Shown here: positions 53,692-62,970 of the stretch, one piece after another
Layout: every line of letters begins with the position of its first letter
How positions within the stretch are numbered: the stretch's first letter is position 1
DNA from: Candidatus Saccharimonadota bacterium
Lineage (GTDB): Bacteria > Patescibacteriota > Saccharimonadia > Saccharimonadales > Saccharimonadaceae
Direction: 5' to 3'
Assembly (NCBI GenBank): GCA_015655045.1
Contig: JAATFU010000006.1
Location: 33,058 to 97,057 of the forward strand
Length of the DNA: 64,000 nt
Notes under the pieces: generated by a model
Databases searched by the model: none
Told to the model about the DNA's origin: nothing
The model's input: the letters and a program-made list of their open reading frames with translations, nothing else
Position numbers and translations under genes: made by a program

Positions 53692-55212
53692 CTATAGTTC
53701 AACCACATCTTCACCAAAGTGTTTCTGTAGGCGCATAACGATTGAACCTTCATGACGCCCCAGTAATGCGCTCAGTTCTTTTACACTTGCTCCATTTTGA
53801 AATTTCTCCTGCAATGTCGCATCCTGAAGAGGTTCCCAGGGTCGATAGGCGTTGGGATATGTTTCACGCATCTTGGCAATTTTCTCCGACCAACCATTCA
53901 ATTGCTTATCCTTTTTAGGAAGCTCGTGTATACGTTTATCAGCCTGTTCCTCGAGGTAGTTAAATCGTTTCGTTGCCTGCATGGCTTTATCCCGAAGCAT
54001 GATGTCGATCTCTTGGGCCACTGCGCTGACTTGCAGTGCCATGCGATTAATACCGGATAAGTAAAGACTGTGCAAGTTTTTTACTCGACTTAATGCAACG
54101 TAGCCCATACCTTCAACAAATGCTTTTCGAAGATCAATACGTGCGGCATCGAGCGTCATACCCTGGGATTTATGAACAGTAATCGCCCATGCGAGACGCA
54201 GTGGAATCTGTGTAATACTCGCCCGTTTCTTATCTCCATCCCGTAACTCCCACGTATCAGGTTGCATCGTCACTACCTTACCACTCTTGAACTCAACCAC
54301 GGGGTACTCTGTACCTGGTTCAAAATCAATCACCACTCCTTGGCTTCCGTTTGCGTATTTACGTTCAAGACTGTTCTTCACTGCCATAACTAAGGCACTT
54401 TTTTTGAGGCGCAAAGTGGCTGGAGCAAGCACTGACCGCTGTAAGTTCTCCACATAGCTCTCGCTCCCCGTGGTGGTCTGTGTATAAAAAAGTTCGTCAC
54501 CCCCCAAGTCGTCTAGCTTTTGATCATTGAGGCGATCGACATCGACGTTGACGGTATGGAGTTCTGTCATCACTTCACCTTCCTCGGGTACCACCTCAAC
54601 CCGCTCGAGTAGTGTCTCTGCATGATGGCGACGAAGCTCTCCAGCACGTAAGGCATTGAGGATATCCAGCAGTTGCTCATCATCTTGACGATGCTGCTCC
54701 TCGAGATAACAAATGACTGGATCTAGCTCCTGCCAAACGCGACTTCCAACTACGAAGCCACCCGCACGTGAGTCACCCCTGTTAATTGGAGGTAGCTGGA
54801 AAAAGTCACCACTCATAATAACCTGAATACCACCAAAAGGCTCATCTTTACGTCGCACTAAACGACAGACCTCATCGACCATATCAAGGCGAAAATCATG
54901 CAACATACTGATCTCGTCAATAATTAAAACATCGGTTTTTTCAATAATCTCCCGTCGTCCTTTTGCCATATGGTCCACAAAACCATGCGGAAGCTCGTCT
55001 CCAATTCCGATACCACTCCAACTATGAATCGTGGTCCCGCCTAGGTGGGTGGCCGCAAGGCCAGTCGTAGCAGTTACAGAGACATGCTTGCCGGCACCTT
55101 TTGCGAGTCGAATGAACTGATTTAACACAAAGGTCTTCCCTGCTCCGGCTGGACCAGTTAGTAATACGCTCTCTCCCAGGAGCATGATCTCAAGTGCTAT
55201 ATCCTGTCTCAT
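53692..55212 (-). CDS. Pif1/RecD-like SF1B DNA helicase with a C-terminal helical extension
   Basis: Walker A GPAGAGKTF, IIDEISML, GDFFQLPPI, ITVHKSQGMT and YVALSRV are Pif1-family motifs. A TATAAT lies only about 9 nt upstream of the ATG. Confidence 0.85.
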   Translation of the reverse strand: MRQDIALEIMLLGESVLLTGPAGAGKTFVLNQFIRLAKGAGKHVSVTATTGLAATHLGGTTIHSWSGIGIGDELPHGFVDHMAKGRREIIEKTDVLIIDEISMLHDFRLDMVDEVCRLVRRKDEPFGGIQVIMSGDFFQLPPINRGDSRAGGFVVGSRVWQELDPVICYLEEQHRQDDEQLLDILNALRAGELRRHHAETLLERVEVVPEEGEVMTELHTVNVDVDRLNDQKLDDLGGDELFYTQTTTGSESYVENLQRSVLAPATLRLKKSALVMAVKNSLERKYANGSQGVVIDFEPGTEYPVVEFKSGKVVTMQPDTWELRDGDKKRASITQIPLRLAWAITVHKSQGMTLDAARIDLRKAFVEGMGYVALSRVKNLHSLYLSGINRMALQVSAVAQEIDIMLRDKAMQATKRFNYLEEQADKRIHELPKKDKQLNGWSEKIAKMRETYPNAYRPWEPLQDATLQEKFQNGASVKELSALLGRHEGSIVMRLQKHFGEDVVEL

Positions 55213-55275
55213 ATATCTTTATTATACGGTACGTAGGCCCTTCGGTCCTAACGGACTCACGCATACCAAAAGTAT

Positions 55276-56253
55276 TTATCCTCTGGGGGGTTCACCCTCG
55301 GGGTCATCAAGTGCTCGTTTGCTCTTTACTTCGTAGCGTCGCCCTGTAATTTCACTCGTAATATAATCTTCATTAATAAGGTTAACAAACGTGTCGAGAT
55401 CATTCCCGTCCATAATAATAATGGCACCCGCATCGTCTGTCATAATTTCAAGCTGCATTTGATCGGCATAATCAATGACTTGCTCTTGGGTAATTTGACC
55501 TACCTCAATCTTTTGCAGTTTATTCACCGTCTTCTTTCGATCACGGACTAAACTCTGGAGATCAAATCCATCAGGAAAACTGAGTTTAAATTGTTTCTCT
55601 ATCTCTGCAACCTTCTGATCAGCTAGTAATTGTTTCTTGTAATCAAAGTTAAACAGTCGTTCAAATTTACTTTGGTTAAAAACAAAAATATCCGTATCCA
55701 CAATGAGGACTTGGTTATCACTAGGCACCTTCCATCCTATATCTGCTTGAAAGAGACCGAACTTACCCGCCTTAAACTCCCACGCCGTTGTGCCCTTAAG
55801 AACTTGTCCCTGACTAATATATTTGATCGTGTAAAATGGCTTCTTTGAAGGGTCTTTTGACGTAAAGCGACCAATAATGCCCTTAATCCGTTTAAATTCA
55901 TGTTCTTCTTCACTAAACTCAACTATGTCGCTTCGTTCATGCTCAATGAGATGGATAAGTGTCTCAGCCCGACCGACTTTTGGGAGATCGATTCGAAGCA
56001 ATACATTCTCTTCTTGCTCAGACAGTTCGTAGTCGCGAACGCTCAGGCCTGTTCCGGCCCCCATATTCACAAAATTAATCATGTCGTAAAGAAATAGTGG
56101 CCTAATCTGTGAGTTGAGGTCACTCGTGAAGTTTGTGGTATATGGGGTGTAGTTCTTATTGAACAAGAAAAACTCAACTTCAAGATCGTTCTTCACACCA
56201 TCTGTGTTGTTTGCCCACAGGAAAATATCAGTCGATTCGGTTTTTTCTTCCAT
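55276..56253 (-). CDS. KwaB-like protein (DUF4868-type; Kiwa defence component homologue), 325 aa
   Basis: Blocks IVDTDIFVFNQSKFERLFNFDYKK and DLDTFVNLINEDYITSEITGRRYEVKSKRAL resemble, from memory, the conserved central and C-terminal blocks of KwaB (…FIKLMSDDYLQSDLT…). The size also matches. Not verified by search. Confidence 0.55.
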   Translation of the reverse strand: MEEKTESTDIFLWANNTDGVKNDLEVEFFLFNKNYTPYTTNFTSDLNSQIRPLFLYDMINFVNMGAGTGLSVRDYELSEQEENVLLRIDLPKVGRAETLIHLIEHERSDIVEFSEEEHEFKRIKGIIGRFTSKDPSKKPFYTIKYISQGQVLKGTTAWEFKAGKFGLFQADIGWKVPSDNQVLIVDTDIFVFNQSKFERLFNFDYKKQLLADQKVAEIEKQFKLSFPDGFDLQSLVRDRKKTVNKLQKIEVGQITQEQVIDYADQMQLEIMTDDAGAIIIMDGNDLDTFVNLINEDYITSEITGRRYEVKSKRALDDPEGEPPRG

Positions 56254-56306
56254 GTTTATCTTTCTTTATTAGATGTCAATTAATGATTGTACCTCGACAA
56301 GGTTAC

Positions 56307-57092
56307 CTAAAACAAGCCTGTTCGCAGTAGACTTAAAATTCCAAGAGCCGATCTAATATGAGCTCGGCCTGATTGACTCCCAAATTCTAGGCTTTTTTTC
56401 AGAGCATTATCTGTTAGATAGCGTCGCCACTCTGTTTCTATACCATCTATCTCTTCTTCGATATTCTTCGCTGTAAGATAAGGAACAACAAAAGGACGCC
56501 TCTCAATGACTGCTCCATCATTCATATAGATTGGTGCAAACTCTTCTCCCTCGGCTGAAGTATCGTAGACCACCTCGTGAATCATTTCCCCATCAAGGGT
56601 ATAGCGAAACGCAAGTGTATAATTTTTAATTTGGCCAAACTCGTTAATGCTATATGTCACCGCTTGCTCGCGTTCAATAGGATAAGAGTCAAGATCCTCG
56701 GGATCTACTCCCTCTTCATCCTCATTGTCCTCAAGCATCTCTTGTCTCACACTCTCAGGTATCTCGTCTTGCTCAATCTCCTGACTCACCGTGCTTACTA
56801 GGTCATAATGCATAATGTCATAACCATTACCGTGGCTATCTTCGGCGCTTTGTTTGTGAGCACTAAACTCAATTCTCACTTCATTAAGAACTTCTGGGAG
56901 ATATCCATCTTCACGATCAATAGGCTGTCCAACACCTTCAGTAATCTGACGCGTTAGACCTATACTCCTAATGGCAGCTTGCCCCCAAGCTCCCCCGGCG
57001 AGATGATCGGCAACTTCAAAGCAAACACGCTCTAAATGAGCAGCATTCTGTTGTCTACGAGGAATTAAAAAGTCTCTATCTAAGTAGTGCAT
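56307..57092 (-). CDS. Hypothetical strongly acidic soluble protein (261 aa)
   Basis: No TM helix. Contains the long acidic stretch EIEQDEIPESVRQEMLEDNEDEEGVDPEDLDSYPIEREQ. No motif recognised. Confidence 0.55.
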   Translation of the reverse strand: MHYLDRDFLIPRRQQNAAHLERVCFEVADHLAGGAWGQAAIRSIGLTRQITEGVGQPIDREDGYLPEVLNEVRIEFSAHKQSAEDSHGNGYDIMHYDLVSTVSQEIEQDEIPESVRQEMLEDNEDEEGVDPEDLDSYPIEREQAVTYSINEFGQIKNYTLAFRYTLDGEMIHEVVYDTSAEGEEFAPIYMNDGAVIERRPFVVPYLTAKNIEEEIDGIETEWRRYLTDNALKKSLEFGSQSGRAHIRSALGILSLLRTGLF

Positions 57093-57147
57093 GCGCTCTT
57101 AGTATACGATGCAAAAACCGCATTCAAAAGCATAAACGACACTACAC

Positions 57148-57585
57148 TTATCTTAATTCGTTCACCTGTCCGCTCAGCCGTTGCTCTCTCGCCTTATTGG
57201 CCCACTCGTCAGCCATCTCGTTACCAGTATCACCCTCATGCCCTCGCACCCACGTCAAAATAGCATTAGACTGCCCATAAAGTTCATATACTTCTTTAAC
57301 TATTTCAAGATTTTTGATTTCGCCACCTTTTTTAATCCAGCCCTTTGCTGCCCAGCCAGGTGCCCACTTGGTTATGACATTGATCCAAAACTCACTGTCA
57401 CTAAAAATCTCACACTTCTCACCTTTCGCATCCAACAGGGCAGCGATGAGTGCTTTGCCTTCCATGCGAATATTCGTTGAGATGAGCTCATGTCCGACAA
57501 TCCATGGTTTCATATCCTTTATAACTGCAAATCCCCCAGGACCAGGATTAGGGCTGCAACTGCCATCTGTATAGTAAATAATCAT
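57148..57585 (-). CDS. rnhA: Ribonuclease HI
   Basis: IIYYTDGSCSPNPGPGGFAVI, IRMEGKALIAAL, IFSDSEF and WVRGHEGDTGNEMADEWA give the D-E-D-D catalytic pattern of RNase H1. Start set at ATG 57585. Confidence 0.9.
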   Translation of the reverse strand: MIIYYTDGSCSPNPGPGGFAVIKDMKPWIVGHELISTNIRMEGKALIAALLDAKGEKCEIFSDSEFWINVITKWAPGWAAKGWIKKGGEIKNLEIVKEVYELYGQSNAILTWVRGHEGDTGNEMADEWANKAREQRLSGQVNELR

Positions 57586-57754
57586 CTTCTCTATTCTACT
57601 ACAGCTTTCCGTTTGGTGTTTAGCCAAAAAAAGCGCATAATGAGGGAAGTATATATGTGAAATAGCACATGAAAGGGTTCATATGTCCAAGGATAGTAAC
57701 AGTCAAAAGAAAAACATCAAGAAGCCAAAAAAAGCTAAGATCGCAGCGTCTTAG

Positions 57755-57964
57755 GTGACTGACGAAGAAGTCATCACCAAACTTGAGTCTCTTCAAGACG
57801 ATCCAACCTATTCAACGAGCACTAAATATAGCCCTCAAGCTACTATGTGGCCAGATAACCAGATGCCCTTCGTGGAAACCCATCTAACTTATCTGCGGAC
57901 TCATAAGTTAGTCGATCCAGCTCACTACATCTCAAACCTTGAACTCATGATAAAGAAGCGCTAA
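57755..57964 (+). CDS. Hypothetical small protein (69 aa, GTG start), in frame with a 23 aa basic ORF upstream across a TAG
   Basis: ORF-track entry. ATG 57683 has GAAAGGG 5 nt upstream and encodes MSKDSNSQKKNIKKPKKAKIAAS, followed by TAG (57752-57754). The GTG of this ORF follows immediately, in the same frame. Confidence 0.4.
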   Translation: MTDEEVITKLESLQDDPTYSTSTKYSPQATMWPDNQMPFVETHLTYLRTHKLVDPAHYISNLELMIKKR

Positions 57965-58004
57965 TAGCGCTTCTTTATTCTTAAGCATTCACTAGCCAAT
58001 AGTC

Positions 58005-58553
58005 TTAGTTTGTAACTGCAATTTCTGTAGCTGTCGTCTTATTATCAGCGGTTGTTCCCACGACCGTAACTGTATCGTTCACTACTGGTTTCGTATCGTT
58101 GTCATATTTCGTTGAGGAATTCGTGGTAATTGTTGTTTGTTTACCATTACCCGCAATCACGATATTATCGCTATTCACCGCAACCACTACACCTGTTAGA
58201 TAGGTGTAGACCGTAGTTGTGACTGAGTTAGTAGTTGCTTCAGTCCGTACAGTCGTTCCATACCCAAACATGCCGTGGCCAGTTCGCACAACACGGGTCG
58301 ACTCACCGAAGCCGCCTCGTATTTGCTGACTATTACGCTGGTTAGCAATACCCTCGGTAACAAGTGCTGTTGCCAAGATAAGCAAACAGACAATAATTAA
58401 GGCAATAATAGTAATTAGAAGGGTGTGTCGCGTCTTTGTTCGCGTTGGTGCAACGTCGGATTCAGAGACAGCTCTGTCGTGCGTCTCCTCGGCTGGAATG
58501 GTTTTTGACCCTTCTTCAACAGTGACTCGTTTGTTCTCTTCTTTATCTGCCAT
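58005..58553 (-). CDS. Hypothetical membrane-anchored T/V-rich protein
   Basis: One TM helix (LLITIIALIIVCLLILATALV), then a beta-rich, T-rich ectodomain. No motif recognised. Confidence 0.55.
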   Translation of the reverse strand: MADKEENKRVTVEEGSKTIPAEETHDRAVSESDVAPTRTKTRHTLLITIIALIIVCLLILATALVTEGIANQRNSQQIRGGFGESTRVVRTGHGMFGYGTTVRTEATTNSVTTTVYTYLTGVVVAVNSDNIVIAGNGKQTTITTNSSTKYDNDTKPVVNDTVTVVGTTADNKTTATEIAVTN

Positions 58554-58621
58554 GCTTTTATTCTCCTTTGTATTGCTAGTGTATACGTTGAAACTGAAAA
58601 GATACTTAAATCTACCTCGTA

Positions 58622-58927
58622 TTAGACCTCTGAGACTTCAATACCGTTCCAAAAAGCTACATAATTCGCAAAGTCTTTCTTGACTCGCTCCACTGATCCT
58701 TCTTTAGGCTCCGGGTAGTACCACGCACCAAACTCGTTTGTCTGGCCCCCGACAACAACGTCAAAGTAGCTTGCTTCTCCCTTCCAGGGGCAGGTTGTAT
58801 GGTGGTCACTATCGACATAAAACTCTTTCTTGAGGGCATCTGGTGGGAAATACCAATTACCTTCAATGCGAATGAGATCTTCTTTTGGAGCTTCCGCGAT
58901 TATGGTGTTGTGCCAAATTGCTTTCAT
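58622..58927 (-). CDS. DUF427 domain-containing protein
   Basis: IRIEGNWYFPPDAL...TTCPWKGEASYFDV...AWYYPEP matches the DUF427 pattern as I recall it. Confidence 0.7.
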   Translation of the reverse strand: MKAIWHNTIIAEAPKEDLIRIEGNWYFPPDALKKEFYVDSDHHTTCPWKGEASYFDVVVGGQTNEFGAWYYPEPKEGSVERVKKDFANYVAFWNGIEVSEV

Positions 58928-58936
58928 ATATTTATT

Positions 58937-60403
58937 CTACTCTCTTTTATTATGATCATGGAGTTCACTGATAGACACTCTCTTTTGCTCAGTTGTATCT
59001 CGTTCGCGAATAGTGACCGCATTGTCTTCAAGTGACTCGAAGTCGATGACAACACAGTAGGGCGTCCCGATCTCATCTTGGCGACGGTAGCGTTTTCCAA
59101 TATTGCCGTTATCATCCCACATAACATTGCCATATCTCTCTTTTAAGAGAGTGTACACCTCACGAGCTTTGGCAACTAACTCTGGTTTATTCCGAACCAG
59201 AGGCGAAACGGCATATTGAATCGGTGCAAGGTGTATAGGAAGCTTTAGATACGTCCGCTTCTCTCCGTTTACTTCATCCTCTCGATAGGCGGCCGAGAGT
59301 ACCGCCATTAAAGCCCGTTCAACGCCAAATGAAGGCTCGATCACATGAGGTACAAATTTTGTATTCGTACCCTTTACGGTGTATTCCATATTCTTACCAG
59401 CCACACGTTGAATATTCATAAGATCAAAGTCTGTTCGGTATGCAAGGCCGGAGAGCTCTTCGCGACCAATCGGAAAATCATACTCAAAGTCGATCGTTCG
59501 CTTACTATAGTGGGCTCGATCTGCCTCCTTAACCTCAAGTTCATGAATACGCTCTCTCGGTAACCCGAGAGCATCCATCCAAGCATAAACGCGTTCGATC
59601 CATTTCTCAAATTCCGTCTCCCAATTTGCTGGATCAATAAAATACTCGATCTCCATTTGTTCAAATTCACGAGAACGAAAGATGAAATCACGTGGACTGA
59701 TCTCGTTCCGAAATGCCTTACCCTGTTGGGCAACCCCAAAGGGAAGATCGGGGTAGAAACTATCGAGGATGTTCTTATAATTCGTAAAGATCCCTTGAGC
59801 TGTTTCAGGACGAAGATACGAAACACTCGCTGGATCATAAGTAACTGCCTTCATGCCCTCCAAATTATTCATAAGACTACTCGTCGGACTATCTTCTCCC
59901 GGCTCTCCGATCGTGAGTTCATCGCCCTGCATAGGGCCCACAAAGGTACGAAACATCATATTGAAGGTCCGAACATTTGAAAGCTCATTCCCGTTAGGAC
60001 TCTTGATGTTATTCTCTCGAATCAGGCTCGTTAAGCCAGCGAGGTCCAAACCCGTCACGTCAAAACCGGCGTCTTTTAATAAGTGGTCAGCTCGAAAACG
60101 TTGCTTCGTTTCAAGATCCTCAACTAAAGGATCGGTAAAAGTGTCGACATGCCCACTTGCTTGCCAGACTCGTTGATTCATCAAAATTGCCGCATCAACT
60201 CCGTACGTATCTTCTCGATCTTCAACGAACATCTTCCACCATAGTTGCATAATGTTACGCTTGAGCGTCACCCCGAGTGGACCGTAATCCCATGTGCCAC
60301 TGAGGCCCCCATAAACATCACTACCTGGGTAAATAAAGCCGCGACGCTTTGCTAGACTTACAATTGCTTCCATCTGCTCGTTCTTGTTTTTATCAGTAGC
60401 CAT
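58937..60403 (-). CDS. glyQS: Glycine--tRNA ligase (alpha2 homodimeric type)
   Basis: LAKRRGFIYPGSDVYGGLSGTWDYGPLG, FRNEISPRDFIFRSREFEQMEIEYF, VIEPSFGVERA, and a C-terminal anticodon-binding domain. Confidence 0.95.
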   Translation of the reverse strand: MATDKNKNEQMEAIVSLAKRRGFIYPGSDVYGGLSGTWDYGPLGVTLKRNIMQLWWKMFVEDREDTYGVDAAILMNQRVWQASGHVDTFTDPLVEDLETKQRFRADHLLKDAGFDVTGLDLAGLTSLIRENNIKSPNGNELSNVRTFNMMFRTFVGPMQGDELTIGEPGEDSPTSSLMNNLEGMKAVTYDPASVSYLRPETAQGIFTNYKNILDSFYPDLPFGVAQQGKAFRNEISPRDFIFRSREFEQMEIEYFIDPANWETEFEKWIERVYAWMDALGLPRERIHELEVKEADRAHYSKRTIDFEYDFPIGREELSGLAYRTDFDLMNIQRVAGKNMEYTVKGTNTKFVPHVIEPSFGVERALMAVLSAAYREDEVNGEKRTYLKLPIHLAPIQYAVSPLVRNKPELVAKAREVYTLLKERYGNVMWDDNGNIGKRYRRQDEIGTPYCVVIDFESLEDNAVTIRERDTTEQKRVSISELHDHNKRE

Positions 60404-60434
60404 AATTAGTGCCTATTATATCAGCAATTGCCTA

Positions 60435-61109
60435 TTATATCGCGGCGTGTTGCCGAGCTACGAGCGCGCACTCTGGAAGAATCTCATTAATACCGCCAAT
60501 TTGCGCTAATGTTTTCAAGGGACGAGTCGCAATTAACCTCAGTAGTTTGATGTGCTCAGCTCTAAGCTCTGCCCCTACTAGAGGTCGCAAACCCTGGTCG
60601 GTTTCGTCGTAACGATATTGCATATCAGCACTCAGCTCAGCTCCCGAGATGTCATGCCATAAACTGAGTTCGTGGCCCAAGAGTGCCGCATAGCGAAGGT
60701 AAAACCACGTTTGAACCAACTCAAGGGCAATTGAGTGAGCGTCCAACCCCTTATAGACTTCGGCAAGCACATCGTACCAATCAGGTTCATCAACCATTTC
60801 ACTTGCCCGCGTAATCAGTTTAATGGCCGTATAGCCAAATTGCATACGGTCATAGTCCTCCATAATATGGCGATAGAATTGTACTAGCCGAGCTGAGGTA
60901 AGAATACCGAGCTCCCCTCTGCCCTCTCCGATCACTACATCAGTCACCGCGAACAGCTCAATATCACCCGCTAAACGACTCTTTTCGCGTCGTACCCCTC
61001 TAGCCATAACACTTCGCTTACCCTCGGGGGTAAGAAGCTGCAAGATGCGATCGGCTTCACCATAATTTGTTCGCCGAAGCACGATCGCTCGTGTCCGAAC
61101 CGTTTTCAT
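60435..61109 (-). CDS. recO: DNA repair protein RecO
   Basis: RAIVLRRTNYGEADRILQLLTPEGKRSVMARGVRR is the typical RecO N-terminal OB fold. Confidence 0.85.
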   Translation of the reverse strand: MKTVRTRAIVLRRTNYGEADRILQLLTPEGKRSVMARGVRREKSRLAGDIELFAVTDVVIGEGRGELGILTSARLVQFYRHIMEDYDRMQFGYTAIKLITRASEMVDEPDWYDVLAEVYKGLDAHSIALELVQTWFYLRYAALLGHELSLWHDISGAELSADMQYRYDETDQGLRPLVGAELRAEHIKLLRLIATRPLKTLAQIGGINEILPECALVARQHAAI

Positions 61110-61477
61110 ACCAATACACTCCGAAGTGCCGTCACAAGATCACTTGGCTCCATACTTGTTTTATCAAGAATACGACGCACGCCATACGGTGCAACCACCT
61201 CTAGTTCAAGCTCCTCGGCTATATTCGTACAGAGTATGATCGGAATGCGAGCAGTGTCAGTATAGGATTGAAGTTCATGCATTAAAGCAAAGGCTGTGCT
61301 ACCGGTCAGCAGAACATCAAGAATAATGGCAGCTGGCTCAACTATATCAATTGCTTGAATGGCAGCGAGCGCATGAGGCGTAATAGTCGGTTCGTATCCC
61401 GCGCGACTAAGGACACGGGCATGTTGTTCGGCCAGCCACGGATCATCTTCAACGATTAAGACGTGTTGCTTATTCAT
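61106..61477 (-). CDS. Response regulator, receiver domain only (123 aa)
   Basis: VLIVEDD, AIILDVLLTG and PIILCTN. No output domain. 4 nt overlaps with both neighbouring genes. Confidence 0.85.
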   Translation of the reverse strand: MNKQHVLIVEDDPWLAEQHARVLSRAGYEPTITPHALAAIQAIDIVEPAAIILDVLLTGSTAFALMHELQSYTDTARIPIILCTNIAEELELEVVAPYGVRRILDKTSMEPSDLVTALRSVLV

Positions 61478-62259
61478 AACCAGCTCAGCTGTTGGGACGC
61501 ATGCAAATCGATGTAGAAGGTTGCGCCATCTGCGTGACGTGTGACACCTAAGCTCCCATTCATTGCTTCAGCAAATTGGCTCGCAATATAGAGCCCTAGT
61601 CCACTACTTTGAGGCCGGGCATGAATCGGCTGTGGCGCTGTCGAGAGCTTTGTTTGAAGGCTACGCCACATATCACTTGAAAGAGCAGGGCCGTAATCAC
61701 GTACGCCGAGTCGAATCATTTGGCCTTCATGAAAAGCATTAATCTGCAATTGAACCGGACCATCCCCTTCTGCATAATACAGGGCATTGTCACTAAAGTT
61801 GACTATGATGCGACGGAGTAGATCACGATTCGCAACGAGTAATAATGGATGAGTTCGTGGAGCAAGGGTAATGCGACGACCGTGGGCTGTAAATAAAGGC
61901 GTCAATTCATGGACCACTTCTTCACAGAGCTGTTTTGGGTTAATCGGCTCGAGGGTAAATAGTGCATCTTGCAAGCGTACAGAACGCGTCAGGTCGTTTG
62001 TGAGCCGCAAGGCACGTTCACTCGTCAGCGTAATTTGCCTAAGCATACGCTGTCTCTCATCTACTGATAGGTCTTCTGTTTCAAGTAAAAGAGATAGTTG
62101 ACGGACAAGGGAGAGTGGCGATTTAAGCTCGTGGGCGGCGGCAATAAGCGAAGGAAGACCATCAGCTAAGACACCTCCACTTGCCATGTTGTCGCGCATC
62201 CCTTGCTCCCGCTTCATACTACCTACTAGTTTAACACGCACCCGGGTATACAGGATCAA
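61474..62259 (-). CDS. Histidine kinase, soluble (no TM segment)
   Basis: H-box AAHELKSPLSLVRQL, N-box NFSDNALYYA, G-boxes RDYGPAL and SSGLGLYIASQF. The start may be the internal ATG at 62217. Confidence 0.85.
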   Translation of the reverse strand: MILYTRVRVKLVGSMKREQGMRDNMASGGVLADGLPSLIAAAHELKSPLSLVRQLSLLLETEDLSVDERQRMLRQITLTSERALRLTNDLTRSVRLQDALFTLEPINPKQLCEEVVHELTPLFTAHGRRITLAPRTHPLLLVANRDLLRRIIVNFSDNALYYAEGDGPVQLQINAFHEGQMIRLGVRDYGPALSSDMWRSLQTKLSTAPQPIHARPQSSGLGLYIASQFAEAMNGSLGVTRHADGATFYIDLHASQQLSWL

Positions 62260-62931
62260 CTATTGGTTAAACCTGATCGTTGCCACCAAGGCATCGAAGT
62301 CGGGCCTAAAGGTATCGGCATCGCTACGAATCGTTACCGTCTTATCGCGGATCTTAAAGATCACCGCCGAACCACGAATGTCCTTTGTAAAACTACCATC
62401 AAGGCGCGTTCCGGTAGTTCCTCCAATAGTTACCGTGCTGGATTTCAGCGTACCCTTTTGGACTAAAGAAGTATAGCTAGCAAGTGTCTTATCATAATCG
62501 GTGCTTGCAATTGTGACACGCAATGAGAATTGCTGGCTATCGCTAATAGCTGGGACTGAGACGGGATTAAAGTAAGCCTGGAATGTGTCTCCTGGATTGA
62601 CCACATCCTTTGCAATGTAGACGCTCCATGTTTTAGGATAGTCAAAGGTAAGACGTCCATAATCTTCTGGTCCCACAAACTGACGATTCGGTTGTTTATC
62701 ACGCTCATTAAAGTTGGCCTCATCTTTATCGGCTTGGGTCTTTTGGGCTGATGCAACTGCTGATTGGACTTTCGTATCAACGTCAGTCTTTTGCTCGTTA
62801 TAGTTCAAAATCCCCCAGATCGCAGCTGCAATCGCCCCCGCCGCAACTACACTGACAAGAATTGTGGTAAGAACCCAGGCATTAATTGCGCCTACTTCGT
62901 CCGTTCGCTTCACCTTGCGGTCGTATATCAT
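62260..62931 (-). CDS. Hypothetical membrane-anchored protein (223 aa)
   Basis: One TM helix (AWVLTTILVSVVAAGAIAAAIWGIL) and a beta-rich ectodomain. Its stop abuts the start of the kinase ORF. Confidence 0.55.
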   Translation of the reverse strand: MIYDRKVKRTDEVGAINAWVLTTILVSVVAAGAIAAAIWGILNYNEQKTDVDTKVQSAVASAQKTQADKDEANFNERDKQPNRQFVGPEDYGRLTFDYPKTWSVYIAKDVVNPGDTFQAYFNPVSVPAISDSQQFSLRVTIASTDYDKTLASYTSLVQKGTLKSSTVTIGGTTGTRLDGSFTKDIRGSAVIFKIRDKTVTIRSDADTFRPDFDALVATIRFNQ

Positions 62932-62970
62932 AGCGTCATTATACTTATGGTTCAGCGAGATGTAAACAGC

